Positions 48,666 to 61,528 of a stretch of DNA of 64,000 bases are shown piece by piece. Position 1 is the first letter of the stretch. Each line of letters opens with the position of its first letter. The position numbers and the translations under genes are program-made. This stretch comes from Dehalococcoidia bacterium (GTDB lineage: Bacteria > Chloroflexota > Dehalococcoidia > SM23-28-2 > RBG-16-64-32), in the NCBI GenBank assembly GCA_963665775.2, contig CAXXTF010000001.1:288001-352000 (forward strand), written 5' to 3'. The notes beneath the pieces are model-generated. The model saw only the letters and a list, made by a program, of their open reading frames with translations. It ran no database searches and was not told where the DNA came from.

Positions 48666-50564
48666 CTAGACGCTCACTACCAGGAACACAATAGAGATGA
48701 CGATGACGCCCAGGGAGATCGCCAGGGCGTAGTTGGGCAGCTTACCGGTCTCCAGAAACTTCATCCCGAAGCCGGCGAACACGCCCAGCCCGGCCGACCC
48801 GTCCACAGCGGTGTCGTTCACCACATTGCGGTCAAACCAGCCGATGACAGCGCCGCCCGCGAGGACGACATGATTGATGACCCACTGGTAGGCGTCATCC
48901 AGGTAATAGTTGTTCGCCAGAGTACGGTAGACGGGACGCAGCGACTGCGCCGCCCGCCGGGCCGGCGCTGCCTCGCCGGACCAGAAATACACCCCAGCGG
49001 CGATGCCCCCTATCGCGATCAGCGTGGAGAGGATCGCTACGTCCCAGGGGAAGTGGAAAGCCTCTGCCTCCTCAAGGAAGACAAACTCGCCGAAGCCGCC
49101 GGGGAAGCCCAGCGCCTCTCCCACGCTGCCGAAGGCCACGAATCCGCCCACCAGGGTCAGGGCCGCCAGCAGCAACAGCGGCACGGTCATCATCGGCTCC
49201 GCGTCGTGGGCGTGCTCCTGAGCGTGGTGATTCCGGGGACGGCCGGTGAACGTTCGCACGAACAGTCTGGTCATATACAGAGCGGTGATGAACACGCTGA
49301 GCATCATGAAAACGTAGACCACCCAGTTCTGGTTATCGCCGGAAACGTTGAGGATCTCGTCTTTGGCCCAGAATCCGGCCAGGGGAAAGATCCCGGCCAT
49401 GGATAGAGCTCCGATACCGAACACCACCGACGTCACCGGCATCTTAGAGGAGAGGCCACCCAGCTCGGTCAGATCCTGTCGCTCAGTAGCATGGATAATG
49501 GAGCCGGCGGAGAGGAAGAGGAGCGCCTTAAAGAAGGCGTGCGCGAACAGATAGAGCATGGCGGCGGTGACGGAGCCCGACCCCAGGGCCACCATCATCA
49601 GGCCAAGGCTATTGAGGGTAGAGTAGGCGATCACCCGTTTGATGTCGGTGGCCGTCAGGCCCATGGTGACCGACATCATTACGGTGGTGAGGCCGATGGC
49701 GGTCACCACGCTGAGGGCGACCGGATCGGCCAGCTCGAAGAGGGGAAGCATGCGGGCCACCAGATAGATCCCGGCCACCACCATGGTGGCGGCGTGGATC
49801 AGGGCGGAGACGGGCGTGGGGCCCTCCATGGCATCGGGAAGCCAGACGTGCAGAGGGAACTGTGCGGACTTCCCAACGGCGCCAGCGAAGAGCAACAGCA
49901 CGGCCAGGGTCAGGTACTCGGCGCTGTAGCCACCCCCCTCGGCAAACTCGAATATCTCCGATATGTCGAATGTGCCGGCCTCCCGCCAGAGGAGGATGAT
50001 GCCGATGAGCAGCCCCACATCGCCGATGCGGGTCGTGATGAACGCCTTCTTGGCCGCCTCAGCGGCGGAGCGGCGCTCATGCCAGAAGCCGATGAGTATG
50101 TAGGAGCCGAAGCCCACACCCTCCCAGGCCACGTACAGAAGGAGGAGGTTATCGGCCAGCACTAGGGTCAGCATGGCGGCGGCGAAGAAGGACATCATGG
50201 CGAAGTACCAGCCGTAGCGGGGATCGCCGCGCATGTATGCCACGGAGTAGACCTGCACCATCAGCGCCACGAAGCTGACGACGGCCAACATGACGATGGT
50301 CAGCTGGTCCACGTGGAAGCCGAGCTGGATGTTGAAGGCGTCGAGAGACACCCATTCCCAGGCACGCCCACCACCGGTGAAGTCGGGTTGGTCCAGATTG
50401 TCCAGGAGGTCTATCAGGACCGGGAAGAAGATGACGAAAGAGGCGGCGATGGCGCCGATGGCCAGCCAGTCGCCCCTGCGGGGCAGATACTTACCGAACA
50501 GAAGGAGAGCGACGAAGGCAGCCGCAGGAATCGCGGGTATCAGCCAGACCTCACCCATGCCCAC
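48666..50564 (-). CDS. nuoL: NADH-quinone oxidoreductase subunit L
   Basis: GKSAQFPLHVWLPDAMEGPTPVSALIHAATMV, HAFFKALLFL. Confidence 0.96.
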   Translation of the reverse strand: MGMGEVWLIPAIPAAAFVALLLFGKYLPRRGDWLAIGAIAASFVIFFPVLIDLLDNLDQPDFTGGGRAWEWVSLDAFNIQLGFHVDQLTIVMLAVVSFVALMVQVYSVAYMRGDPRYGWYFAMMSFFAAAMLTLVLADNLLLLYVAWEGVGFGSYILIGFWHERRSAAEAAKKAFITTRIGDVGLLIGIILLWREAGTFDISEIFEFAEGGGYSAEYLTLAVLLLFAGAVGKSAQFPLHVWLPDAMEGPTPVSALIHAATMVVAGIYLVARMLPLFELADPVALSVVTAIGLTTVMMSVTMGLTATDIKRVIAYSTLNSLGLMMVALGSGSVTAAMLYLFAHAFFKALLFLSAGSIIHATERQDLTELGGLSSKMPVTSVVFGIGALSMAGIFPLAGFWAKDEILNVSGDNQNWVVYVFMMLSVFITALYMTRLFVRTFTGRPRNHHAQEHAHDAEPMMTVPLLLLAALTLVGGFVAFGSVGEALGFPGGFGEFVFLEEAEAFHFPWDVAILSTLIAIGGIAAGVYFWSGEAAPARRAAQSLRPVYRTLANNYYLDDAYQWVINHVVLAGGAVIGWFDRNVVNDTAVDGSAGLGVFAGFGMKFLETGKLPNYALAISLGVIVISIVFLVVSV

Positions 50565-50577
50565 TGCTACGTCACCC

Positions 50578-50886
50578 CTACCATTTCAGAATGTCAACCT
50601 CGTCAACGTTGGCCGTGGCCCTGTTTCTAAAGAGGCGGAGAACGATGGCCAGGGCCAGCCCCACCTCCGCGGCAGCGATGGTGATGACGAAGATAGCGAA
50701 GATGAGGCCCCGGAACTGATCGGGGTAGAGAAAGACGGCGAAGGCGATGAAGTTGATGCTGACCGCCTGCAGCATCAGCTCCACCGACATGATGATGAGG
50801 ATGGCGCTGCGTCGGGCCAGAACCCCGTACATCCCCAGCGAGAAGAGGATGGCGCTGAGCACCAGGAAGTTCTCGATGGGGATCAT
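50578..50886 (-). CDS. nuoK: NADH-quinone oxidoreductase subunit K
   Basis: SVELML, AAAEVGLALA. Confidence 0.96.
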   Translation of the reverse strand: MIPIENFLVLSAILFSLGMYGVLARRSAILIIMSVELMLQAVSINFIAFAVFLYPDQFRGLIFAIFVITIAAAEVGLALAIVLRLFRNRATANVDEVDILKW

Positions 50887-51380
50887 TCCCCCTCCTCGCT
50901 CCGAGCCAGGATGATGCCCCCTATCAGGGCCACCAGGAGAACCAGGGAAGCTATCTCAAAAGGGATGGCCCAGGTGCGGAATAGCGCCTCCCCCAGCTCA
51001 TTGAGGGTCACGACGGTGATCTTCTCCGTCTCACCCGGCCAATCGGTAGCCACGGCGGCCAGGACGGAGATACCCAGGAAAGCGCCGGCGGCCAGGGCGG
51101 CGAAGGGCCGTTGGGCCCCGTCTGAGGGCTGGGGCAGATCCCGGACGCGCGTGAGCATCATAGCGAAGAGGACGAGAATGGTGACAGCGCCCCCGTAAAT
51201 GAGCACCTGGACGATGGCCAGGAACTCCGCCGAGAGAAGGATGAACACGGCAGCCACAGACAACAAGGCCAGGATAAGAAAGAGGGCGGCGTGAACGACG
51301 CTCCGGGCCAACACTACCCCTAAAGCGCCGGCGACCGTTACCACCGCTACGACGTAAAATATGCCTTCTTCGTAGGTCAT
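50883..51380 (-). CDS. nuoJ: NADH-quinone oxidoreductase subunit J
   Basis: AEFLAIVQVLIYGGA, PFEIASLVLL. Confidence 0.95.
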   Translation of the reverse strand: MTYEEGIFYVVAVVTVAGALGVVLARSVVHAALFLILALLSVAAVFILLSAEFLAIVQVLIYGGAVTILVLFAMMLTRVRDLPQPSDGAQRPFAALAAGAFLGISVLAAVATDWPGETEKITVVTLNELGEALFRTWAIPFEIASLVLLVALIGGIILARSEEGE

Positions 51381-51416
51381 ACGGTCAGCGGACTCTCGAC
51401 CACTGCAACGTCGTTG

Positions 51417-51971
51417 TTACCCCTCGCCACCTTCCCGTTTGGCCTCCTCCGCCTCCGCCTTCCCAGTCTGCTCCTTTGGCGCCCCGCCCGAGTGCGCTAT
51501 CCCCATCGGCTCTCGGAAGTGGTCCTTTACGCGGCCGCTCTTGACGTCGTCCAGGAGGGCCGGCAGGTCCATCACCAGCTCCTGCCGATCATACCGAGAC
51601 AGCTCGACACCGGTCCATGAGTTGTTCATTACGATAGCGTCGAAGTTGCACACCTCAACGCAGATGTCGCAGCGCATGCAGCGGGCGTAATCGATGTAGA
51701 ACCGGTCGACGATCTTACGCCGCTTGGACGTCCCCTCCGCGTACTTGGGGTTGTCCTTCATCGTGATGGTCATACAGTCCGACGGACAGTAGCGGGCGCA
51801 GACCTGGCAACCAGTGCAGAACGGCTCATCCACCTCGAAGTCATAGAGGAGAATGGGAAGCCCCCGCGAGCGGTGTGGCAGCTTCTTCTTCTCCGTCGGA
51901 TACTCCACGGTGACCGGCTTCCGCAGCGCGGACCGCATCGTAACGGCGATCGACTTCAACATGCCCAGCAT
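51417..51971 (-). CDS. nuoI: NADH-quinone oxidoreductase subunit I
   Basis: CTGCQVCARYCP and CMRCDICVEVC 2x[4Fe-4S] motifs. Confidence 0.95.
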   Translation of the reverse strand: MLGMLKSIAVTMRSALRKPVTVEYPTEKKKLPHRSRGLPILLYDFEVDEPFCTGCQVCARYCPSDCMTITMKDNPKYAEGTSKRRKIVDRFYIDYARCMRCDICVEVCNFDAIVMNNSWTGVELSRYDRQELVMDLPALLDDVKSGRVKDHFREPMGIAHSGGAPKEQTGKAEAEEAKREGGEG

Positions 51972-53102
51972 CTACACTGCCCCCCTTGCACGACGCAGGC
52001 GCGGCGAGGGCACGCCCGCCCGGTGAGCGCCACGGTAGGTGATGTAAACAGCAGCCAGGGCGGCGATCCCAGAGAGGACGCCAAGGGTCCAGTCAGGCCA
52101 ACCGTAAACGAGCACCAGCCCATTGATTATGATTTGCAGGAAGGCTAAGGGCAACAACACCTGCCAGCAGAAGGCCATCAACTGGTCGATGCGCAGCCTG
52201 GGCATGCTGACCCGCATCCACATGAAGAACAGGATAAATCCCGATGCCTTCACGACTATCAAGAATACCTGAAGCGCGGGCCCCACTTCGTTACCGCCGG
52301 GCCAGTTCCAACCACCCAGGAAGATCAGGGAGCCCAGAACCGATATGAGCACCAGATTCAGGTACTCCGCCATCTGGAACAGGGACCAGCGGATGCCCGA
52401 GTACTCTACGAAGGGGCCACCCACCACTTCCGACTCGGCGACGGGGATGTCGAAGGGCTGGCGGTAGAGTTCCGCCAGGCCGGCGATGACGAAGATGAAG
52501 AAGGCCAGGGGTTGCCAGGCGATGTACGGAACCTTGTCCTGCCCATCAACCAGCTCCACCAGGTTCAGGCTCTGTCCCACCATGGCCACGGCCAAGACGG
52601 ACAGGACGAACGGAATCGCGTAGCTGATGAGCTGGGCCGCCGCCCGCACGCCCCCCAGGAGGGCGTACTTGTTGTCCGAGCCCCAGCCAGCCATGAGGAA
52701 GCCGACGATGGAGACCCCGGAGACAGCCAAAATAAAGAACAGCCCCAGCTCCAGGTTGCGCACGAACAGATCGGCGGTGAAGGGGAGGGTGACGAACGCC
52801 AGAAACACCGGCACCACGACCACGAAGGGCGCCAGCTCGAAGGTCCAGCGGTCCGCTGTCTGGGGACGAAGGTCCTCCTTGGTGAGGAGCTTCACCGTGT
52901 CGGCCACACCCTGAAGGGTTCCGTAGGGCCCGACCCGCATAGGCCCGAGCCGCATCTGGAAACGCCCAATGACCTTGCGCTCCAGATAGGTGAGAACGAT
53001 CACCGCCAAGGGGATGAGAGCCGCTATTATGCCCATACGGACCAGGGCGTCCACCCAGGCGTTATCGTTTTGGAAAATGAAGCGGAGCGAATCGGCGATC
53101 AA
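51972..53102 (-). CDS. nuoH: NADH-quinone oxidoreductase subunit H
   Basis: ERKVIGRFQMRLGP, RQPFDIPVAESE, PRLRIDQLM. Confidence 0.96.
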   Translation of the reverse strand: MIADSLRFIFQNDNAWVDALVRMGIIAALIPLAVIVLTYLERKVIGRFQMRLGPMRVGPYGTLQGVADTVKLLTKEDLRPQTADRWTFELAPFVVVVPVFLAFVTLPFTADLFVRNLELGLFFILAVSGVSIVGFLMAGWGSDNKYALLGGVRAAAQLISYAIPFVLSVLAVAMVGQSLNLVELVDGQDKVPYIAWQPLAFFIFVIAGLAELYRQPFDIPVAESEVVGGPFVEYSGIRWSLFQMAEYLNLVLISVLGSLIFLGGWNWPGGNEVGPALQVFLIVVKASGFILFFMWMRVSMPRLRIDQLMAFCWQVLLPLAFLQIIINGLVLVYGWPDWTLGVLSGIAALAAVYITYRGAHRAGVPSPRLRRARGAV

Positions 53103-54235
53103 CGGTCTACCTCACAGAGGACGATGTCCAGGGAGCCCAGGATGATGATAGCGTCCGCCACGTAGTAGCCGACGGCCATGTTCCTGAGGGCGGACAGGTT
53201 GGAGAAGCAGGAGGAGCGGATCTTGAGCCGGTACGGCTTATCGGCGCCCTTGGAGACGATGTAGACGCCGTACTCGCCCCGGGGGTTCTCCGCGCGCATG
53301 TACACCTCGCCCGGCGGCACGCGAAGGATGCGCTTCATCCCTTCCGCCATGATGGGCCCCGCCGGCAGCTGGTCAAGTGCCTGCTCCACGATACGGACCG
53401 ACTCCCTCATCTCCGCGATGCGAACCGTCAGCCGGTCGTATATGTCCCCTTGAATGCCGGTGGGGATATCGAACTGGAAGCGGTCGTAGATGGAGTAGGG
53501 CTCCGCCCGGCGCAGGTCGTGCTTGAGGCCGGTGGCCCGCAGCATGGGCCCGGTCAGGCCCCAGTTGATGGCTTCCTCCGGCTTAATGGGGCTGATGCCC
53601 CGGCAGCGGGCCAAGACGACCTCGTTATCGAGGAGGAGATCCTCGAGGTCTTTGATGCCGCCGTTGACCGCCTGCAGCACCTGCTGGCAGCGCTCCTCGA
53701 AGTCGTCCGGCACGTCCCAAGCCAGGCCGCCGGGCCGGAAGTAAGCGTACATCATCCGTTCGCCGGTGATCTCCTCGAAGAAATCCTGGATGGTCTCCCG
53801 ATCGCGGAAGGCGTACATGAACGACGTTCCGAACACCCCGATGTCCGTGCCAAAGGCGCCCACGAACATCAGGTGGCTGGCGATGCGGTTCAGTTCGGCC
53901 AGAATGATGCGTATGTACTCGGCCCGCTCCGGGACCTCCAGGCCGGCTAGCTTCTCCACGGCCATCACGAAACAATGCTCCGCGTTGAACTGGGCCAGGT
54001 ACTCTGACCGGTCCTGATAGCCGATGCACTGGCGGTAATCGCAGTTCTCGGACAGCTTCTCGGCGCCCCGGTGCATGTATCCGATGACTGGGTCCACGTC
54101 GACAACCTCTTCGCCGTCGATAGTCAGGACCATGCGAAAGACGCCGTGGGTGGCCGGATGCTGTGGCCCCACGTTGACGTTGATGTCAACGGTGTCTAGC
54201 TCGCGCTCGCTGGGGAGCTCGTAGTCAAGGGTCAT
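53099..54235 (-). CDS. nuoD: NADH-quinone oxidoreductase subunit D
   Basis: GPQHPATHGVFR, GYMHRGAEK, ENPRGE, EVDR. Confidence 0.96.
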   Translation of the reverse strand: MTLDYELPSERELDTVDINVNVGPQHPATHGVFRMVLTIDGEEVVDVDPVIGYMHRGAEKLSENCDYRQCIGYQDRSEYLAQFNAEHCFVMAVEKLAGLEVPERAEYIRIILAELNRIASHLMFVGAFGTDIGVFGTSFMYAFRDRETIQDFFEEITGERMMYAYFRPGGLAWDVPDDFEERCQQVLQAVNGGIKDLEDLLLDNEVVLARCRGISPIKPEEAINWGLTGPMLRATGLKHDLRRAEPYSIYDRFQFDIPTGIQGDIYDRLTVRIAEMRESVRIVEQALDQLPAGPIMAEGMKRILRVPPGEVYMRAENPRGEYGVYIVSKGADKPYRLKIRSSCFSNLSALRNMAVGYYVADAIIILGSLDIVLCEVDR

Positions 54236-54237
54236 GC

Positions 54238-55170
54238 TTAGCCGCCGTTCCCCGCTTCGGCCAGAGCCTTCAACGCCTCGGCCACAGCCTTGCGTTCGTC
54301 CTCCAGAGAGAGGCCCTTTGCCCGTGCCTCATCGCGGGTCTTCTTGATGAGAGCGGCCTTCTGCTGCGCCAGGGCTACCTTGGCTGCCCGATCGCCGGCC
54401 TCCGGCTTGGCAGGAGGGGGCGGCGGCGGAGCGGCGACGGCCTCCTGCGCCTCCTCGAACTGCTTGATCGCCGCCTGCACGGCGGCCCTCTCGTCCTCGC
54501 GGGAGAGGCCCTTGGCCCGCGCCTCGTCCCGCACCTGCTTCATTACGACCGCCTTTTTCTGGGCCATCACCACCCTGGCCGCCTTCTCGTCGAGGGGAGC
54601 CTCTGGGGTAACCTCGCCGGGTGCGGCTTCCGCCTGCGCCTTAGCCTGCTCGACGGCCATGAGGTAGTCCTCCTGCCAATCCTCGATCTCGGCCAGGGGG
54701 TGGCTCTTGCGCAGGGGGAAATAGCCCAGCCCTTCTTCGGTCAAGAGGGGCCGCAGGTCGGGGTGCCCATCGAAGACGACGCCCATCAGATCGTGCGCCT
54801 CCCTTTCGTGCCAGTTAGCCGTCTGCCAGAGGTGGCTCACAGTCGGCATGTGGGCGTCCTCGTAGGGGAAGTGGACCTTGATCGCCACGGAGTGCTGGCG
54901 CTGGTAGGAGTACAGATGGTATACGACCTCCAGGCCGTCCATGTGATCCACGCCGGTGAGCGAGCGCAGGAAATCGAAGGCCAGACGCTCATCCTCCTTG
55001 GCCTTCTGCATCACCGGCAGGAAGTCTTCCCGCCGCACGGTAAGGGCGACGTCGATCGCGGTCTGGCCAGCCTGAAACTCGGTGCCGGCCATGACATCTC
55101 GAAAGGTGTCGGCGATGGAGCCAGAGGGCGGCTCGGGTAGAGCGGGGTCCTGGACGCGCTCCTGGGCCAT
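54238..55170 (-). CDS. nuoC: NADH-quinone oxidoreductase subunit C with ~140-aa C-terminal extension
   Basis: ANWHEREAHDLMGVVFDGHPDLR, FPLRK; followed by a duplicated helical repeat. Confidence 0.93.
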   Translation of the reverse strand: MAQERVQDPALPEPPSGSIADTFRDVMAGTEFQAGQTAIDVALTVRREDFLPVMQKAKEDERLAFDFLRSLTGVDHMDGLEVVYHLYSYQRQHSVAIKVHFPYEDAHMPTVSHLWQTANWHEREAHDLMGVVFDGHPDLRPLLTEEGLGYFPLRKSHPLAEIEDWQEDYLMAVEQAKAQAEAAPGEVTPEAPLDEKAARVVMAQKKAVVMKQVRDEARAKGLSREDERAAVQAAIKQFEEAQEAVAAPPPPPPAKPEAGDRAAKVALAQQKAALIKKTRDEARAKGLSLEDERKAVAEALKALAEAGNGG

Positions 55171-55172
55171 TG

Positions 55173-55787
55173 CTAGGCGCCGACCTTCCCCCGCTCCTCC
55201 ATAATCTTCTTCTGGAGGGCCAGGAAGGCGTCCATCAGCGCCTCGGGCCGCGGCGGGCAACCGGGCACGTAGACGTCTACCGGTATGATCTTATCGACAC
55301 CCTGGAGGACACGGTCGTAACGCGTGTAGGGGCCGCCGTTAGTGGCGCAGGCGCCCATCGAGATCACCCACTTGGGGCTGGGCATCTGCTCATAAAGGAG
55401 CTTAACGGCCGGGGCCATCTTTTTGGTCACCGTGCCGGATACGATCATGACGTCGGCCTGGCGGGGTGACGGCCAGGGGACGATACCGAAGCGGTCCAGG
55501 TCATGCCGGGCCATGAAGGTCGAGATCATCTCGATAGCGCAACAGGCGAGGCCAAAGGTGAGGGGCCAAAGGGAGGATTTCCGGCCCCAGGCGATAACCA
55601 CGTCGGCGGGCATCTGGAGGATGCCGGGCAGAAGCTGGCGATAGAGCGCCTTTCCCTGGCCGGGATCGATCGGTGCCGCCTCCAGACTCTTGATATCGTG
55701 TCGCAGCTCGTCAGTAACGGCGTCCGTGATGGTTAGCTGAGGGTCGTCCCGGACCTCGTAGATCTCAACAGTCTTCTTCTCGGCCAT
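55173..55787 (-). CDS. nuoB: NADH-quinone oxidoreductase subunit B
   Basis: [30 protein letters not shown]. Confidence 0.96.
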   Translation of the reverse strand: MAEKKTVEIYEVRDDPQLTITDAVTDELRHDIKSLEAAPIDPGQGKALYRQLLPGILQMPADVVIAWGRKSSLWPLTFGLACCAIEMISTFMARHDLDRFGIVPWPSPRQADVMIVSGTVTKKMAPAVKLLYEQMPSPKWVISMGACATNGGPYTRYDRVLQGVDKIIPVDVYVPGCPPRPEALMDAFLALQKKIMEERGKVGA

Positions 55788-55795
55788 CCGTTCAC

Positions 55796-56164
55796 CTACC
55801 TCCAGAGAAGTACGCCCTTCTTCCAGGCGTAGAGAAGGCCGAAGCCTAGGATACCTATGAACACTAGCATCTCATAGAAGGCAGTCTTCCCGATCTCCAG
55901 GAAGGAGATCGCCCAGGGGAAAAGGAAGACGGCCTCGATATCGAAGATCAGGAAAAGGATAGCGAAGAGGTAGTAACGGAAGTGCACCTGCGTGCGGCTG
56001 CGTCCGATGGGCAGCATGCCGCACTCATAGGTGACCGCCTTTGCGCGGCTGGGCTGACGCGGGGCCAGCATCCGGTTACCCATGAGGGCGGTTCCCACCA
56101 GGAGAAGGCCAAGGATGACAGCGATGAGGGCAGCCACATAGTCAGCGAAGTGTTCGGTAATCAC
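55796..56164 (-). CDS. nuoA: NADH-quinone oxidoreductase subunit A
   Basis: [25 protein letters not shown]. Confidence 0.96.
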   Translation of the reverse strand: MITEHFADYVAALIAVILGLLLVGTALMGNRMLAPRQPSRAKAVTYECGMLPIGRSRTQVHFRYYLFAILFLIFDIEAVFLFPWAISFLEIGKTAFYEMLVFIGILGFGLLYAWKKGVLLWR

Positions 56165-56276
56165 GTCTGTGGCCCCTGGCAGACAAGAAGGTTACGCATC
56201 TGTTCCATTAGACACAAGCGATGCTAGCACGGGCCCGCTCTACTGTCAAAAACCAAGCGACCACTTCCTTAACCGT

Positions 56277-58958
<2,682 letters not shown>

Positions 58959-59146
58959 CGTGGAAGCGTCCTTCAGAGAACAGGCCCGCGAGGGCGGAGG
59001 ATGATGCCTGAATTGTAGGATGCGCCAAGGCTGCGGGCAAGGGAGCCTTATTCATAATTCGATAGTCGGTTTCAGCGTAATGGAGTTATCTAATGGACAC
59101 TGATAGACTGCATCCATCGGAGTTGCTGCTGAGAGGAGCACCGAGG

Positions 59147-59761
59147 ATGCACAAGGACTTCCGATTCACAAGTACACTACATTGGCTGAATTTCCAGCCC
59201 GTTCCTGCGGCCACATATCGCTGCGGATACTGCGGCTCAGCAGTAGGGTCTAGCAGCGGATGGAGAGTCGAGAACGATCCCGTGACAGTCTTAATACGCA
59301 TTTGCCCTAGCTGCAATGGCCCAACATTCTTTGATGCTAAAAAGAGCCAATGGCCCGGACCTCTACTAGGGATGTCAATCAAAAACCTACCGTCTGATGT
59401 CCTGTCGATCTATGAGGAAGCGAGAAGGAGTGTGGCAGCAACGGCCTTCACCGGGGCGGTCATGCTCTGTCGCAAGATATTGATGCACGTTGCCGTCGAG
59501 AAAAAAGCGGAAAGAGACAAGAGCTTTCAGTATTACGTCCAATGGCTCATTGAAGAGCGATATGCCCCCAGAGGGGCCGAGGAATGGCTCAACTATATTC
59601 GCAGTCGTGGCAATGAGGCTAACCACGAGATAGTTGTGATGACGAAAGAGGATGCAACCGGCGTGCTACTCTTCACGGAAGCACTAGCCCGCGGCATATA
59701 CGAATTGCCCTCGCTGGTTCCGCAGGTGCCGACCGATGACGATCAGGAAAAGGGAAGCTAG
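59147..59761 (+). CDS. DUF4145 (HEPN-like) protein with N-terminal zinc ribbon; lower GC
   Basis: RBS AGGAG/GAGG; CGYC...CPSC; YEEAR, MLCRKIL, IRSRGNEANH. Confidence 0.85.
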   Translation: MHKDFRFTSTLHWLNFQPVPAATYRCGYCGSAVGSSSGWRVENDPVTVLIRICPSCNGPTFFDAKKSQWPGPLLGMSIKNLPSDVLSIYEEARRSVAATAFTGAVMLCRKILMHVAVEKKAERDKSFQYYVQWLIEERYAPRGAEEWLNYIRSRGNEANHEIVVMTKEDATGVLLFTEALARGIYELPSLVPQVPTDDDQEKGS

Positions 59762-59838
59762 CAAAGGCTTCGATGGGCTAGGCTATGCCACCGCCCTCAC
59801 GCAACCTAACGCTGGGTGGCGATCCCCTACCCCCACCG

Positions 59839-59867
59839 TTGACTTCCCCTTGAGGCTCGCCTATCGT
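59839..59867 (+). promoter_or_regulatory. Putative gcv operon promoter
   Basis: TTGACT-N17-TATCGT, ~130 nt upstream of gcvT. Confidence 0.5.
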
Positions 59868-59998
59868 GGGTCGTAGCCTCACGCTTCCCGGCTAACAGCT
59901 TCCATCCCCCCTATCTCGATGGGTCACCGGCTCCACCCTCACAACCTCGAACCGCCGGCGGTTCGCGACGGCGGACTGGCGCCTGCGGTCATCTCGCC

Positions 59999-61114
59999 GT
60001 GAGCGACCAGCCAGCCACCGACGCCCTCCGTCGCACCTGCCTCCACGAGGAGCACCTGCGGCTGGAGGGGCGGATGGTTCCCTTCGCCGGCTGGGAGATG
60101 CCGGTGCAGTACGGGGGCATCGTGGAGGAGCACCAGGCCGTGCGGCAGCGGGCGGGGATGTTCGACGTCTCTCATATGGGGCGACTCGAGGTGCGGGGGC
60201 CGCAGGCCGGCCGCCTCCTGCGATACCTATGCACCTGGGACATCGCCGGGCTAGGGCCCGGCGAGGGCCACTACACCGCCGTCTGCCGGGACGATGGTGG
60301 CATCCTGGACGACGTCTACGTCTTCTGTTTGACGCCTGAACGCTACCTCCTGGTGGCCAACGCCGCCAACGCCGACAAGATCCACCGCTGGCTCCAGGCC
60401 CACGCCGGTGGCTTCCAGGCCGAGCTGGTGGACAGGCAGATGTCGACGGCCATGATCGCCGTGCAGGGGCCGCAGAGCCTGGCCCGGCTGGGCGAGGTGA
60501 TCGGCCCCGAGTTCGTGAGCTCGCTGCGTCCACGCCGCTGCGGCGAGACCGCCTGGCGCGACCAGACGCTGTTCGCATCGCGCACCGGCTATACCGGCGA
60601 GGACGGCCTGGAGCTGATAGCCGATCGGTCCGGCGGGCCGGGCCTGTGGCGGGCGTTGCTGGAGGCGGGGGTCCAACCCTGCGGCCTGGGCGCCCGCGAT
60701 ACGCTCCGGCGGGAGGCGGCACTCCTCCTCTACGGTAACGATATCGATGAGAGCACGATCCCCTGGGAGGTTGGCCTGGGCTGGGTGGTGACCCTGGACG
60801 ACGGCGCGGAGTTCGTCGGTCGGGAGGCGCTGCTCGGATTGCGTGACGCCGGTCCACAGCGGCTCTCGGTCTGCCTACGCGCCCGGGAGCGGGGGATCAT
60901 GCGGGCCGGCTGCGCCATCTTGCGTTCGGGCCGGGAGGTCGGTAAAGTCACCAGCGGCGGCCACTCGCCCACCCTGTCGGTCAGCATCGGCCTGGGCTTC
61001 GTCCCAACGGAGCTGGCGACGGAGGGGACGGAGCTGACGGTCGACGTGCGGGGCAAGTCGCTGCCCGTGCGGGTGGTGCCCCGGCCGTTCTACAAGGCGC
61101 CCAAACAGAGATAA
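59999..61114 (+). CDS. gcvT: Glycine cleavage T protein
   Basis: FAGWEMPVQY, FDVSHMG, SRTGYTGEDG, GLGARDTLR. Confidence 0.97.
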   Translation: MSDQPATDALRRTCLHEEHLRLEGRMVPFAGWEMPVQYGGIVEEHQAVRQRAGMFDVSHMGRLEVRGPQAGRLLRYLCTWDIAGLGPGEGHYTAVCRDDGGILDDVYVFCLTPERYLLVANAANADKIHRWLQAHAGGFQAELVDRQMSTAMIAVQGPQSLARLGEVIGPEFVSSLRPRRCGETAWRDQTLFASRTGYTGEDGLELIADRSGGPGLWRALLEAGVQPCGLGARDTLRREAALLLYGNDIDESTIPWEVGLGWVVTLDDGAEFVGREALLGLRDAGPQRLSVCLRARERGIMRAGCAILRSGREVGKVTSGGHSPTLSVSIGLGFVPTELATEGTELTVDVRGKSLPVRVVPRPFYKAPKQR

Positions 61115-61138
61115 CAGAGAGAGATAGGAGAGGGAGCC

Positions 61139-61528
61139 GTGTCCAGCCCTCCGGAGCTGAAGTACACCGAGGATCACGAGTGGGTAAGGGTCGTGGACGA
61201 CGTGGGGACGGTAGGAATCACGGAGTTCGCCCAGGACCAGCTGGGCGACATCGTCTTCGTCGAGCTACCGGCCCCTGGCGCCCAGCTCACGCAGCGAGAG
61301 AAGTTCGGCGAGATCGAGTCAGTCAAGGCGGTCTCGGAGCTGTTCTCGGCGGTGTCGGGGGAGGTAGTGGAAGCGAACGCTGCCCTGGCCGACAAGCCGG
61401 AGCTGGTGAACGAATCGCCCTACGATGAGGGCTGGATGATCCGCCTGCGCCTCAGCAGCCCCGGCGAGCTGGACAGCCTCATGACGGCCGAGCAGTACGA
61501 CGAGTACACCGCCCAGGGGACCGGATGA
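61139..61528 (+). CDS. gcvH: Glycine cleavage H protein
   Basis: HEWV, GITEFAQDQLGDIVFVELP, ESVK (lipoyl Lys). Confidence 0.97.
   Translation: MSSPPELKYTEDHEWVRVVDDVGTVGITEFAQDQLGDIVFVELPAPGAQLTQREKFGEIESVKAVSELFSAVSGEVVEANAALADKPELVNESPYDEGWMIRLRLSSPGELDSLMTAEQYDEYTAQGTG

Noticed and set aside
53099-54235. Group 4 NiFe hydrogenase large subunit
   Set aside because: No paired CxxC nickel motifs; standard NuoD quinone-site motifs and nuo gene order.
58959-59090. T-box leader for valS
   Set aside because: No T-box consensus or terminator/antiterminator, and the intergenic space is short.
59868-59998. Glycine riboswitch upstream of gcvT
   Set aside because: The leader has hairpin potential but lacks the GGAGA...CCGAAG...CTCTCAGG core.
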